Positions 7,602 through 15,153 of a stretch of 20,000 nucleotides of DNA are shown here, piece by piece. Position numbers and translations under genes: made by a program. The stretch comes from an uncultured virus (IMG/VR IMGVR_UViG_3300037343_000250). Lineage: Duplodnaviria; Heunggongvirae; Uroviricota; Caudoviricetes. Numbering within the stretch: the first letter of the stretch is position 1; every line of letters begins with the position of its first letter. The stretch lies in IMG/VR virus record IMGVR_UViG_3300037343_000250, positions 51,520 through 71,519 of that record; one strand, given 5' to 3'. The notes below the pieces were generated by a model. That model was not told the DNA's origin. It worked only from the letters and a program-made list of their open reading frames with translations, and searched no databases.

Positions 7602-8069
7602 ATGGTTGAAGTAATTACAATTACAAAGTTCAAGTCAAAAAATGGATTGACATACGAAACGCATGATCTTGCAAAAAAAGCAGATGATGAATATGCTTTT
7701 AGCATGTGTGATATGGGCGCTACAGAGGTCAAAAATTACGAAAAAGAATTTGATATGTATATGAAACGGTTGACATCTTTGGTAGAAACTAACAGGACTT
7801 CTTTTCCTATGTTCTGGAGACTTATAGGAAAACACACTTCCGAAAACTTTATGGCAAATAGCTATGACCAAATAGAAGAAATTGGTATGGCCATGTTTAG
7901 TACGAATTATCAGTATTATATCTCTGATGATGAAAAAACAAGAAGCATAGCAAAAAATATTATGGACAATTCAAACAAGAAAGCAGCGTATGCTTTCGTA
8001 TGGGAACGCTCCAACAAAGGCTACGAATACGAAGATGTAGAAAAATTTACTGTCACAACTTTTGGCTGA
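7602..8069 (+). CDS. hypothetical protein (155 aa)
   Basis: ORF with SD AGGA. Confidence 0.8.
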   Translation: MVEVITITKFKSKNGLTYETHDLAKKADDEYAFSMCDMGATEVKNYEKEFDMYMKRLTSLVETNRTSFPMFWRLIGKHTSENFMANSYDQIEEIGMAMFSTNYQYYISDDEKTRSIAKNIMDNSNKKAAYAFVWERSNKGYEYEDVEKFTVTTFG

Positions 8070-8103
8070 TGAAAATTATTAACAGAAAAAGACACTTTAT
8101 GTA

Positions 8104-8132
8104 TTGACTAACCATTCAATCTGTCGTATACC
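8104..8132 (+). promoter_or_regulatory. sigma70-type promoter
   Basis: TTGACT-N17-TATACC. Confidence 0.5.
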
Positions 8133-8161
8133 TATTATGTAGAAAATAGTAAGGATTTAAA

Positions 8162-8362
8162 ATGACAGGTGCTGAAAAATTAATTGCTTCTTTTTACTCG
8201 AAACCCGTTACTTTTTGTACCTCATCCGATGGATTTCGTGCGGTAGAAGTTTTTAATGTACACACATTTAGTTATGAAGTGCATGAAGTCCTTGTTTTGG
8301 CAGCGGAAATTATGAAATATAAGCGCATGATGAACCGCTTGCGCAACAAAAGAAACAAATAA
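8162..8362 (+). CDS. hypothetical protein (66 aa)
   Basis: SD AAGGA; basic C-terminus. Confidence 0.65.
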   Translation: MTGAEKLIASFYSKPVTFCTSSDGFRAVEVFNVHTFSYEVHEVLVLAAEIMKYKRMMNRLRNKRNK

Positions 8363-8408
8363 TATTTTTATGTTGGCATGAAACCAGTATAAGATTTGGT
8401 GAGGCAAA

Positions 8409-9071
8409 ATGAGTAAAACAAGATATATAGGCGATGTACACGGCTACGTTCGCGAACTGCAATTGGTCCTGAACAATCTTCCTCAGGAAGTCACTTCTGT
8501 CGTTCAAGTTGGTGATATGGGCGTGGGGTTTGAAAAAAGCAAATATTGGCACACAAATCTTGATAATATGATGGTTCGCAAAAATGCAAAATTCATTCGA
8601 GGAAATCATGACTCGCCTAATGAATGTAAGAAGATGAAATCGTGGATTCCAGATTCTACAGTTATTAATGATGTAATGTATATGGGCGGTGCTTGGTCGA
8701 TTGATCACCATTGGAGGACTATGGGTATTGACATGTGGGAGGATGAAGAACTCTCTTATGCTGATCTAAACATTGCTATCAATATGTTTGAACTTGCACA
8801 GCCAAGAGTAATGGTTACGCACGATTGTCCTGCAGAGATCGCTCTCGAACTGTTTATCAAAACAGGGAACAGTTTAGGAGGTAAAAACCAATCCAAAACT
8901 AGGACCGCATCGGCACTACAGGCCATGTTTGAAGTCCACCAGCCCGATTTGCACATTTTTGGTCATTGGCACACTGATGTTGATAAAGTTGTAAATGGGA
9001 CAAGATTTATTTGTCTTGGTGAACTCAGCTATTGTGATGTTGATGATGATACTCTTGAAGTTGCATGGTAA
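8409..9071 (+). CDS. calcineurin-like metallophosphoesterase
   Basis: GDVHG, GDMG, RGNHD, THDCP and FGHWH motifs; SD GAGG. Confidence 0.92.
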   Translation: MSKTRYIGDVHGYVRELQLVLNNLPQEVTSVVQVGDMGVGFEKSKYWHTNLDNMMVRKNAKFIRGNHDSPNECKKMKSWIPDSTVINDVMYMGGAWSIDHHWRTMGIDMWEDEELSYADLNIAINMFELAQPRVMVTHDCPAEIALELFIKTGNSLGGKNQSKTRTASALQAMFEVHQPDLHIFGHWHTDVDKVVNGTRFICLGELSYCDVDDDTLEVAW

Positions 9072-9107
9072 AAATAATATAATCACTTTGAAATTAAGGA
9101 ACATTTC

Positions 9108-9473
9108 ATGAAAAATTATAAAGTTGACAATTGGGTTATTATAAAATTTAATGGTGTGGAACCACACTATAGAGTTCTCAGTGGAAAATCAGGTGGCTAC
9201 CTTGATGGTAGCAGTTGGTGCATGGAAAGCGGCATCATAAGTGTTAAAAGTAGAACTGACCATTATGTGAGTCTAGGCGAAAAGATAGAAATCTTTTTGT
9301 ATGAATTTTTCAGCACAAGTGGTTCTTGTTACACTTGCAACAAAGAATCTTACGGTATCAAAATGAACAACGCATATGTTTGGGACAAGCTAAAAAAAAT
9401 CCATGGGGATGAAGTCGAATTGATGAACGAAGATACAGATTGGCTGGACATTGATTGGCTGATCAAAGTATAG
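9108..9473 (+). CDS. conserved phage hypothetical protein (paralog of 1749-2069)
   Basis: DNWV..PHYRV..G.SGGY..G.SW.M.SGI...GS.Y.C.K.SY....NNA.VWD.L.K.HGD.VE, shared with 1749-2069. Confidence 0.85.
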   Translation: MKNYKVDNWVIIKFNGVEPHYRVLSGKSGGYLDGSSWCMESGIISVKSRTDHYVSLGEKIEIFLYEFFSTSGSCYTCNKESYGIKMNNAYVWDKLKKIHGDEVELMNEDTDWLDIDWLIKV

Positions 9474-9601
9474 TATTATAAATTTCAGTACTATAGTTGT
9501 TGGATTATAATCCAAGAACATTTTCAACAGTGTTTTCTAAATTAGCGATTGTTGCGTTGATTGCATTGTGGCCTATCACCTATAAAAGAACGTAATATCT
9601 A

Positions 9602-9658
9602 TTGACTTTGATCTACTGAAAAAGTATAGTTGACGCAACACTTCGATTAGCTTATAAC
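9602..9658 (+). promoter_or_regulatory. two tandem sigma70-type promoters
   Basis: TTGACT(9602)-N17-TATAGT(9625-9630) and TTGACG(9630)-N17-TATAAC(9653-9658). Confidence 0.75.
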
Positions 9659-9675
9659 AATAAAAGGTCTGTGAA

Positions 9676-9876
9676 ATGAAAGTTTATATTTACCTACATG
9701 ACTGGCATGTTGATTATGATATGCACGGTACTAATATCGTCTGGGTGTCAGATGAACTACATCTACCAACTTATAATTCTATAATTCAATGCTGTCACCG
9801 AGTGGAGTTCTGGGAAGACGGGATCAAACAATGGACTAAGGAACAAGTCGGAAAAATGTCACCAAATTGGATCTGA
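9676..9876 (+). CDS. hypothetical protein (66 aa)
   Basis: Follows the tandem promoters; SD AAGGT. Confidence 0.7.
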   Translation: MKVYIYLHDWHVDYDMHGTNIVWVSDELHLPTYNSIIQCCHRVEFWEDGIKQWTKEQVGKMSPNWI

Positions 9877-9919
9877 TAAACATCTTTTGGCTAATTTTTA
9901 TATGTGTATCGGAAAGCGC

Positions 9920-10093
9920 ATGGAATTTAAAAACTACAAACCAAAGCATTACTCTGGAATGCCAGAAGAATTAAAGTCTTATGATGAAGTGGAAGTTGTA
10001 TTTTCGGATTCGGATGAGTCTTGGATTGACATTGCTTGTAACTTTGGGTGGAATAAATGTGATATTGTGAAATATAGAAAAGTGACAAAATGA
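9920..10093 (+). CDS. hypothetical protein (start uncertain, 9887-9920)
   Basis: ORF ending ...FGW...DIVKYRKV; ATGA coupling to the next gene. Confidence 0.6.
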   Translation: MEFKNYKPKHYSGMPEELKSYDEVEVVFSDSDESWIDIACNFGWNKCDIVKYRKVTK

Positions 10094-10341
10094 TAATAGA
10101 TATAGAAACGATATTGTCGAATCAAAGAGGTTATAGCAAAGATATTATCTTTGGAACTTTTGACGAATTTATGATAATTGATGAAACAGATTGGCTTTCT
10201 GAAAACATATCATTCATTGAACCTAAAGTTAAAGACTGGGAATCGCGCATTCCAGATAGTAATCCATTTAATAGATCAATATCAAACCCGTCCGAAAAGA
10301 CACGCGCAAAACTTCGCTCAAAAAGAAAGAATAAGAAATGA
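10090..10341 (+). CDS. hypothetical protein (83 aa, basic tail)
   Basis: ATGA overlaps at both ends. Confidence 0.7.
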   Translation: MIIDIETILSNQRGYSKDIIFGTFDEFMIIDETDWLSENISFIEPKVKDWESRIPDSNPFNRSISNPSEKTRAKLRSKRKNKK

Positions 10342-10571
10342 AAGATGCTTCGGAAAAATTTCATATTGAATTTGTGAAACTAGTAGAAAATAAACCCAAT
10401 ATAACCAGACAAGATTTCTTGGAACGTGTTCCTATGATCGGTGAAGAAGTATTGACTAACACAGATGGCTCGCAGGAAAATTTTAACGGAAAAGTGACTA
10501 AAATCAGAACAGTTGTGGTGGATATGTTTTGCTATCATGTGGTCACATTGTCGGTAGAAAATGTAAGCTAA
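10338..10571 (+). CDS. hypothetical protein (77 aa)
   Basis: ATGA overlap with the upstream gene. Confidence 0.7.
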   Translation: MKDASEKFHIEFVKLVENKPNITRQDFLERVPMIGEEVLTNTDGSQENFNGKVTKIRTVVVDMFCYHVVTLSVENVS

Positions 10572-10604
10572 AAATATTGAATTTATCAAAGAAGGAAATT
10601 AGTA

Positions 10605-10868
10605 ATGGGATATTCACGCATTAGCCAAACCGCTAAAGACTTCTGGCCTGTCAATACGCCTACCGAATTGTATCTATATTTTCCTGATGGTTATGTCATC
10701 AGTGAAATTTTAAATATGGCTAAAGATCACTTTGGCGATGATTCTGATATCAATAATATCGAAATTAGCGCAGAATATATCCACACATCTGATATTAACT
10801 ATGATCAATACGTTTCGTGTGACTATACAAACTTTATCGTATTGAAGAAAAAAGCACAAACTAATTAG
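10605..10868 (+). CDS. conserved phage hypothetical protein (87 aa)
   Basis: SD AAGGA; FWP.NT..ELY...I.AEYIHT..I.YD.Y...DYTNFIV pattern. Confidence 0.8.
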   Translation: MGYSRISQTAKDFWPVNTPTELYLYFPDGYVISEILNMAKDHFGDDSDINNIEISAEYIHTSDINYDQYVSCDYTNFIVLKKKAQTN

Positions 10869-10886
10869 GTGTGAGCCGAAAAAATA

Positions 10887-10915
10887 TTGTCTATCGCCAT
10901 AGAATATGTTATATT
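10887..10915 (+). promoter_or_regulatory. sigma70-type promoter, extended -10
   Basis: TTGTCT-N17-TATATT with TG. Confidence 0.6.
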
Positions 10916-10940
10916 GATACTTGAAAATGAAAGAAACCAA

Positions 10941-11162
10941 ATGAAACTAATTGCCATAGCATTACTGTCGTCCTTGATCTTGGCTGGGTGCAACGAAGAA
11001 GGCAATGATTATACTAAATCATTCACATCAGTTTGTCTTTCAGACGTTCAATACTGGTACAGGAATTCCTCGCATAAAGGATTTCTTGCAGTAAGAATTG
11101 ATTCCGAGACATTGCAGCCAATGCGCTGTATTCAGCATCAAAATTCCTATGAAGCTAATTGA
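10941..11162 (+). CDS. lipoprotein (73 aa)
   Basis: MKLIAIALLSSLILAG-C signal peptide with LAGC lipobox when started at ATG 10941. Confidence 0.8.
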   Translation: MKLIAIALLSSLILAGCNEEGNDYTKSFTSVCLSDVQYWYRNSSHKGFLAVRIDSETLQPMRCIQHQNSYEAN

Positions 11163-11355
11163 TAAACTCATGGATATAGATGCCATGCTGTATGGTAAAG
11201 GCGGAACAAACTTTATCAATATTCGCATTGTGATGGATGATATTGATGATCTAGTTTTGGAAAAAAACAGCAATGCAATTAAATTTGCAGATAGTATGGA
11301 ATTACTACATTCAGTATTAAAGAAAGTAACGGAAATAAAATCTGATAATAGGTAA
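11149..11355 (+). CDS. hypothetical protein (68 aa)
   Basis: ATG 11149 overlaps the end of the lipoprotein gene. Confidence 0.6.
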   Translation: MKLIDKLMDIDAMLYGKGGTNFINIRIVMDDIDDLVLEKNSNAIKFADSMELLHSVLKKVTEIKSDNR

Positions 11356-11374
11356 ATTTAAATAAGAGAATTAG

Positions 11375-12289
11375 ATGGGCTGTTGGAATGGAACTTGTGG
11401 ACTTACTAACTTACCAATTCACGATGGCGAGAAGATGTATGTATTTCCTGTATTAGAAAACGACTTGAGTAGCTATCGCAGTCATTGCTACAGTAGTGCA
11501 TTATACAAACCTATGCTTACACCATTCGTTTCTGTGTATAATGACTACGGCGCGGGCGAAGAATCTTCTGGCATTGCGCTAGACATTATTATGGAAAGCA
11601 TTCAAGAAAATCTAGTGGAACTCGAAATTGGCAAAAACACCTATCACGACATTGCTGTTAAAAAAGAAGGATTTACAGTAGATACATTCTTTGAAGCAGC
11701 ACACGAGGATCGGCTTTTTGTGCAAGGATATGGTAAAAAGTCAGCGGTGTATTTTACAATGGTACGCAAAGATGTAGTTGATAATATGTTTAATTCGTGG
11801 ACATTTGATATGTATATGGGCGAGGGCAAGGCGGGCAATCCTTCCGACAGCTACGAACGTAATGTAACATATGCAAAACAGAGAGAATATATCCCTGAAT
11901 TTATTGATACGATCAAATGTACCATAGAAGATGCCGATGATGAAATTTCAAAATATTTAGTAGCAAGTTCAATTAGGAATATTTCAAATAAAATACCTAT
12001 GCTAAAATATCTATGCTATTCGTTTGATAGTAGCGAACACTGGCGTCTCACTCAAATTGAACATAAACTTGTCGAATTTATTACCAAAGGTCTTATTAAT
12101 GATGCAATCGAGTTGGCAAGAATCCAACTGTTAGGAACAATGGTAAATAGAATGATGGGAAATACACGAAAAATATGGCTTCCGGTTATGCATCAAGGAA
12201 GTCAGAGTCAAAGTTACGATACATACAAGTATCTGAATGAATTAACTAGTGAAGTTATTGCGGAACGAGAAAGACTGTACGAGGAATAA
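11375..12289 (+). CDS. conserved phage hypothetical protein (304 aa)
   Basis: Long ORF; MGCWNGTCGLTNLPI N-terminus and YNDYG motif. Confidence 0.85.
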   Translation: MGCWNGTCGLTNLPIHDGEKMYVFPVLENDLSSYRSHCYSSALYKPMLTPFVSVYNDYGAGEESSGIALDIIMESIQENLVELEIGKNTYHDIAVKKEGFTVDTFFEAAHEDRLFVQGYGKKSAVYFTMVRKDVVDNMFNSWTFDMYMGEGKAGNPSDSYERNVTYAKQREYIPEFIDTIKCTIEDADDEISKYLVASSIRNISNKIPMLKYLCYSFDSSEHWRLTQIEHKLVEFITKGLINDAIELARIQLLGTMVNRMMGNTRKIWLPVMHQGSQSQSYDTYKYLNELTSEVIAERERLYEE

Positions 12290-12306
12290 ATGTGTTGACA
12301 TGTTGT

Positions 12307-12314
12307 TATAAATA
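12307..12314 (+). promoter_or_regulatory. T4-like late promoter consensus TATAAATA
   Basis: Exact TATAAATA in an intergenic gap; the upstream TTGACA (12295) has no matching -10 at N17. Confidence 0.4.
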
Positions 12315-12320
12315 GTAGTA

Positions 12321-12337
12321 GCAAAAGGAGTTTTTGC
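12321..12337 (+). promoter_or_regulatory. SD hairpin 1
   Basis: GCAAAAG-GAG-TTTTTGC before ATG 12341. Confidence 0.75.
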
Positions 12338-12340
12338 ATA

Positions 12341-12985
12341 ATGAATAATAAAATTTACGGGACGCTTCCTATTGACATGGGAAAAGTAGAATTGAACCCT
12401 GCTGAAATGATGTTTTGGATGTACTGCCCGATTAAAGCACCTAATATGACACAAACGAAAATTCCTGAAAATTTAATGCAGTATCAACCCTTAATTGCAC
12501 TGATCAAACAAGATCGAGGTAGTGAATGGAAATCCGATTATGTTTACATCACAGCAAAGACTTTGTATGTGACTCCTGAAAGTACAGGAAACAGAGCTGG
12601 GTGGCACAGTGATGGATATCTGACCAACGATATAAACTATATTTGGTCAGACACTAATCCAACAGTATTTTTTGACGACAGCAATTTACACGAATTTTCC
12701 CAAAACCACAATGACTCTATGCATGAAATGGCAGCACTATGTTCAAACCATGCAAAATATCAAGTTAGGTTTGAAAACAAACATCTGTTAAAGCTAGATC
12801 AGTATGTCCTACACAAAGTCGATACTAATATTCAAGCAGGAATGCGAACATTTGTTAAAATTAGTGTGTCTAAGAATATCTACGCACTAAAAGGAAATTC
12901 AATCAATCATAAACTTTGTATTGCCCAATATTATCAAAACAGGCAACTTGAAAGAAACTGCCCCACTGGTGCAAATAATATTTGA
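12341..12985 (+). CDS. putative 2OG-Fe(II) dioxygenase-like phage protein
   Basis: NRAGWHSDG (HxD), distal LH, and RTFVKIS, matching a jelly-roll HxD...H...R pattern. Confidence 0.65.
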   Translation: MNNKIYGTLPIDMGKVELNPAEMMFWMYCPIKAPNMTQTKIPENLMQYQPLIALIKQDRGSEWKSDYVYITAKTLYVTPESTGNRAGWHSDGYLTNDINYIWSDTNPTVFFDDSNLHEFSQNHNDSMHEMAALCSNHAKYQVRFENKHLLKLDQYVLHKVDTNIQAGMRTFVKISVSKNIYALKGNSINHKLCIAQYYQNRQLERNCPTGANNI

Positions 12986-13010
12986 CATCTTACTATTAAT
13001 TAACTATAAT
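12982..13010 (+). promoter_or_regulatory. consensus sigma70 promoter
   Basis: TTGACA-N17-TATAAT, exact consensus. Confidence 0.9.
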
Positions 13011-13015
13011 ATAAA

Positions 13016-13030
13016 GCTAAGGAGTTTAGC
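13016..13030 (+). promoter_or_regulatory. SD hairpin 2
   Basis: GCTAAG-GAG-TTTAGC before ATG 13033. Confidence 0.75.
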
Positions 13031-13032
13031 AA

Positions 13033-13395
13033 ATGAATACTATCTACAGAGTAGAAAATCCTCTAACCCAACAAGGCTTATGGTACAGAGAAGATGGGTC
13101 ATTTAATCCATTAATCAAAACACTTACAAATGCTATTGCGCGCGATTTTCCAATGGGGTTTGACCCTGCTTTTAAAGTGGACGGTCTTGATTGGATTAGT
13201 GGCTGTGATAACCTTACTGATATGCAAAATTGGTTTTCGGTGCAGGATCTTACAGAACTGCATACAAGAGGATATGATTTATTCAAATTTAAAGTTGAAA
13301 AATATCGAACTGTAAACGGACATGCAGTGTTTGCCAACGAACATGTATTGAGTAACACCAAACTTGATATGTCATTACTAAAGAAAATTTACTGA
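13033..13395 (+). CDS. hypothetical protein (120 aa) upstream of the NAD salvage genes
   Basis: Has promoter and SD; IYRVEN....GLWY N-terminus. Confidence 0.8.
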   Translation: MNTIYRVENPLTQQGLWYREDGSFNPLIKTLTNAIARDFPMGFDPAFKVDGLDWISGCDNLTDMQNWFSVQDLTELHTRGYDLFKFKVEKYRTVNGHAVFANEHVLSNTKLDMSLLKKIY

Positions 13396-13396
13396 A

Positions 13397-13413
13397 TTTA
13401 GAGGAGTTCTAAA
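13397..13413 (+). promoter_or_regulatory. SD hairpin 3
   Basis: TTTAGAG-GAG-TTCTAAA immediately before ATG 13414. Confidence 0.75.
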
Positions 13414-14448
13414 ATGATTAAACAATTTGATACACTGGTATTTTGTGGCCGATTTCAGCCATTTCATATTGGGCACCAGTCAGTTATTGACCAAGCATTA
13501 CTTAAAGCGCATGAAGTTGTGATCGTAATTGGTTCCAGCTTTCAAGCGCGTTCAACAAAAAATCCATTTACATTTTCCGAGCGGTCTGCTATGATTAGAG
13601 CAGTATACACACAAGATAATGTAAAGATAGTGGGTGTGATGGATTATCCATATGATGATAATGCTTGGGTAAGTGCGGTTCAAAGCGCGGTTGATGCTGT
13701 TAAGTTAGGGTCAAAAACTGGATTGGTAGGACACTCCAAAGACAGTAGCTCATATTACCTGAAAATCTTCCCGCAATGGAGCGATCATGTAGAAGTCGCA
13801 AACATGGGTAATATCAATGCAACTGATATCCGAAAAGCGATGTTTGAATTTGGTATATTTCGGGGAATTGCCGAATTTTATTCAGATACAATCCCAGAAG
13901 AAGTAAATTATGTAATAGATGATATTGTGCGCGAATGGTCGCATGAAAGCTGGGAATTGCTTGTGCAAGAATATGCTAAAATTAAAGCTTATAAGAATGC
14001 TTGGAAAGATGCACCCGATGTGCCACTGGTTTTTGTGACAACGGATGCTGTTATCACACAGGGCGGCTACGTGTTGCTTATCAAGCGTCGTAGGTTTCCA
14101 TTCAAGGATTGCTGGGCATTACCAGGTGGCTACTTGGCGAAGGGCGAAACGATTGTAGATAACATGATCAAAGAACTGCGCGAAGAAACCTGCGTAAAGA
14201 TTCCCGCAAAAGTGCTAAAAGGCTCTATCAAAGACGTTAAGATTTTTGATCATCCTGAACGCGATCCTCGTGGTCGCACTATCACCCATGGATTCCATGT
14301 GGATCTTGGGTTCCCTATTGAGGGCTTACCTAAAGTAAAAGGTGCTGATGACGCCAAAGAAGCTAAGTGGGTACTTTTGAGCAAAATTACCAGTGAAATG
14401 ATGGCGTTTGACCATTATGCAATCATTACATCTTTTATCAGGATTTGA
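13414..14448 (+). CDS. nadM: bifunctional NMN adenylyltransferase / Nudix ADP-ribose hydrolase
   Basis: GRFQPFHIGH (HxGH), KNPFTFSER, GHSKDSSSYYL, INATDIR; Nudix box GGYLAKGETIVDNMIKELREET; RDPRGRTIT, GADDA. Confidence 0.95.
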   Translation: MIKQFDTLVFCGRFQPFHIGHQSVIDQALLKAHEVVIVIGSSFQARSTKNPFTFSERSAMIRAVYTQDNVKIVGVMDYPYDDNAWVSAVQSAVDAVKLGSKTGLVGHSKDSSSYYLKIFPQWSDHVEVANMGNINATDIRKAMFEFGIFRGIAEFYSDTIPEEVNYVIDDIVREWSHESWELLVQEYAKIKAYKNAWKDAPDVPLVFVTTDAVITQGGYVLLIKRRRFPFKDCWALPGGYLAKGETIVDNMIKELREETCVKIPAKVLKGSIKDVKIFDHPERDPRGRTITHGFHVDLGFPIEGLPKVKGADDAKEAKWVLLSKITSEMMAFDHYAIITSFIRI

Positions 14449-14449
14449 T

Positions 14450-14575
14450 ATGACAATACCTACATGCAAACATTGGGCGATCATAACATACACAAGTGTA
14501 TTTGTGCCAAGAGACAAGCGTTCCCAGATATCTCTTGGGCACGGTTATTTCGAACACCGCGAAGAAAGTATTTGA
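14450..14575 (+). CDS. 41-aa ORF, possibly a truncated gene remnant
   Basis: MTIPTCKHWAIITYTSVFVPRDKRSQISLGHGYFEHREESI*; TGA-T-ATG junctions at both ends. Confidence 0.55.
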   Translation: MTIPTCKHWAIITYTSVFVPRDKRSQISLGHGYFEHREESI

Positions 14576-14576
14576 T

Positions 14577-14786
14577 ATGGCGCACAGATTGATTATTGAA
14601 GGCTTCAACACCAAAGCAGAGGCACAGGCGTTTGCTGATTGGTATGAAGGCGCTGGAGAGCAAGACGCTGCAAACTGGTTCGAGGCTCGAAAAGAAGAGG
14701 GCGTAATTGATGTTGATTGGATGGGAAATGTTGGTACTGTCCAAGAAGATGGAAACGATCTTATCATGACGGTGAAGCCACAATGA
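14577..14786 (+). CDS. hypothetical protein (69 aa)
   Basis: MAHRLIIEGFNTKAEAQAFADWYEGAGEQ; ATG coupled to the upstream stop. Confidence 0.75.
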   Translation: MAHRLIIEGFNTKAEAQAFADWYEGAGEQDAANWFEARKEEGVIDVDWMGNVGTVQEDGNDLIMTVKPQ

Positions 14787-15061
14787 ATATGACCTTAGTT
14801 TTGGCAGGAATAATCTTGTGGTTTGGCATTAGTTCAGCATATTTCTTATGCAACATGGGCAAGAAAAATATGAAAGAGCCTTGGTATATTTGGATATTTC
14901 TGCCGCCTGTAATTATTTCATTGCTAATATTCTTGGTACTGCCATTTTCTTTTGGATATTTTTTAGAATGGGTTTTTGAGAGTAGACTTCGTTCGCATAC
15001 AAGTGTTGTAAAAGGTGTTATTGGGAACATCAGAGACTTTATGCAGGGCTTTCTAAAATAA
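14783..15061 (+). CDS. membrane protein (92 aa, 2 TM segments)
   Basis: ATGA overlap; two hydrophobic stretches. Confidence 0.7.
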   Translation: MNMTLVLAGIILWFGISSAYFLCNMGKKNMKEPWYIWIFLPPVIISLLIFLVLPFSFGYFLEWVFESRLRSHTSVVKGVIGNIRDFMQGFLK

Positions 15062-15064
15062 TAG

Positions 15065-15093
15065 TTGACATTTGATGATATAAAATATATAGT
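15065..15093 (+). promoter_or_regulatory. sigma70-type promoter
   Basis: TTGACA-N17-TATAGT. Confidence 0.8.
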
Positions 15094-15134
15094 ATAATCT
15101 ATTACAAAATAACATAAATAAAGACGTTATAACA

Positions 15135-15151
15135 TCATAAGGAGTTTATGA
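15135..15151 (+). promoter_or_regulatory. SD hairpin 4
   Basis: TCATAAG-GAG-TTTATGA before ATG 15154. Confidence 0.75.
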
Positions 15152-15153
15152 AA

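Noticed and set aside
9089..9108. TGAAAT-TAAGGAAC-ATTTCA as a fifth SD hairpin
   Set aside because: The SD is in a loop, but the 8-nt loop lacks the AG-GAG-UU core, so it was not counted in the family.
9497..9595. 32-codon hydrophobic frame (LLDYNPRTF...LWPITYKRT*)
   Set aside because: Only a TTG start directly after a TAG and no SD; possibly a remnant but not supportable.
15094..15134. NrtR operator or NAD riboswitch in the nadV leader
   Set aside because: The leader is short and AT-rich, with only a GTTATAAC palindrome and no recognisable consensus.
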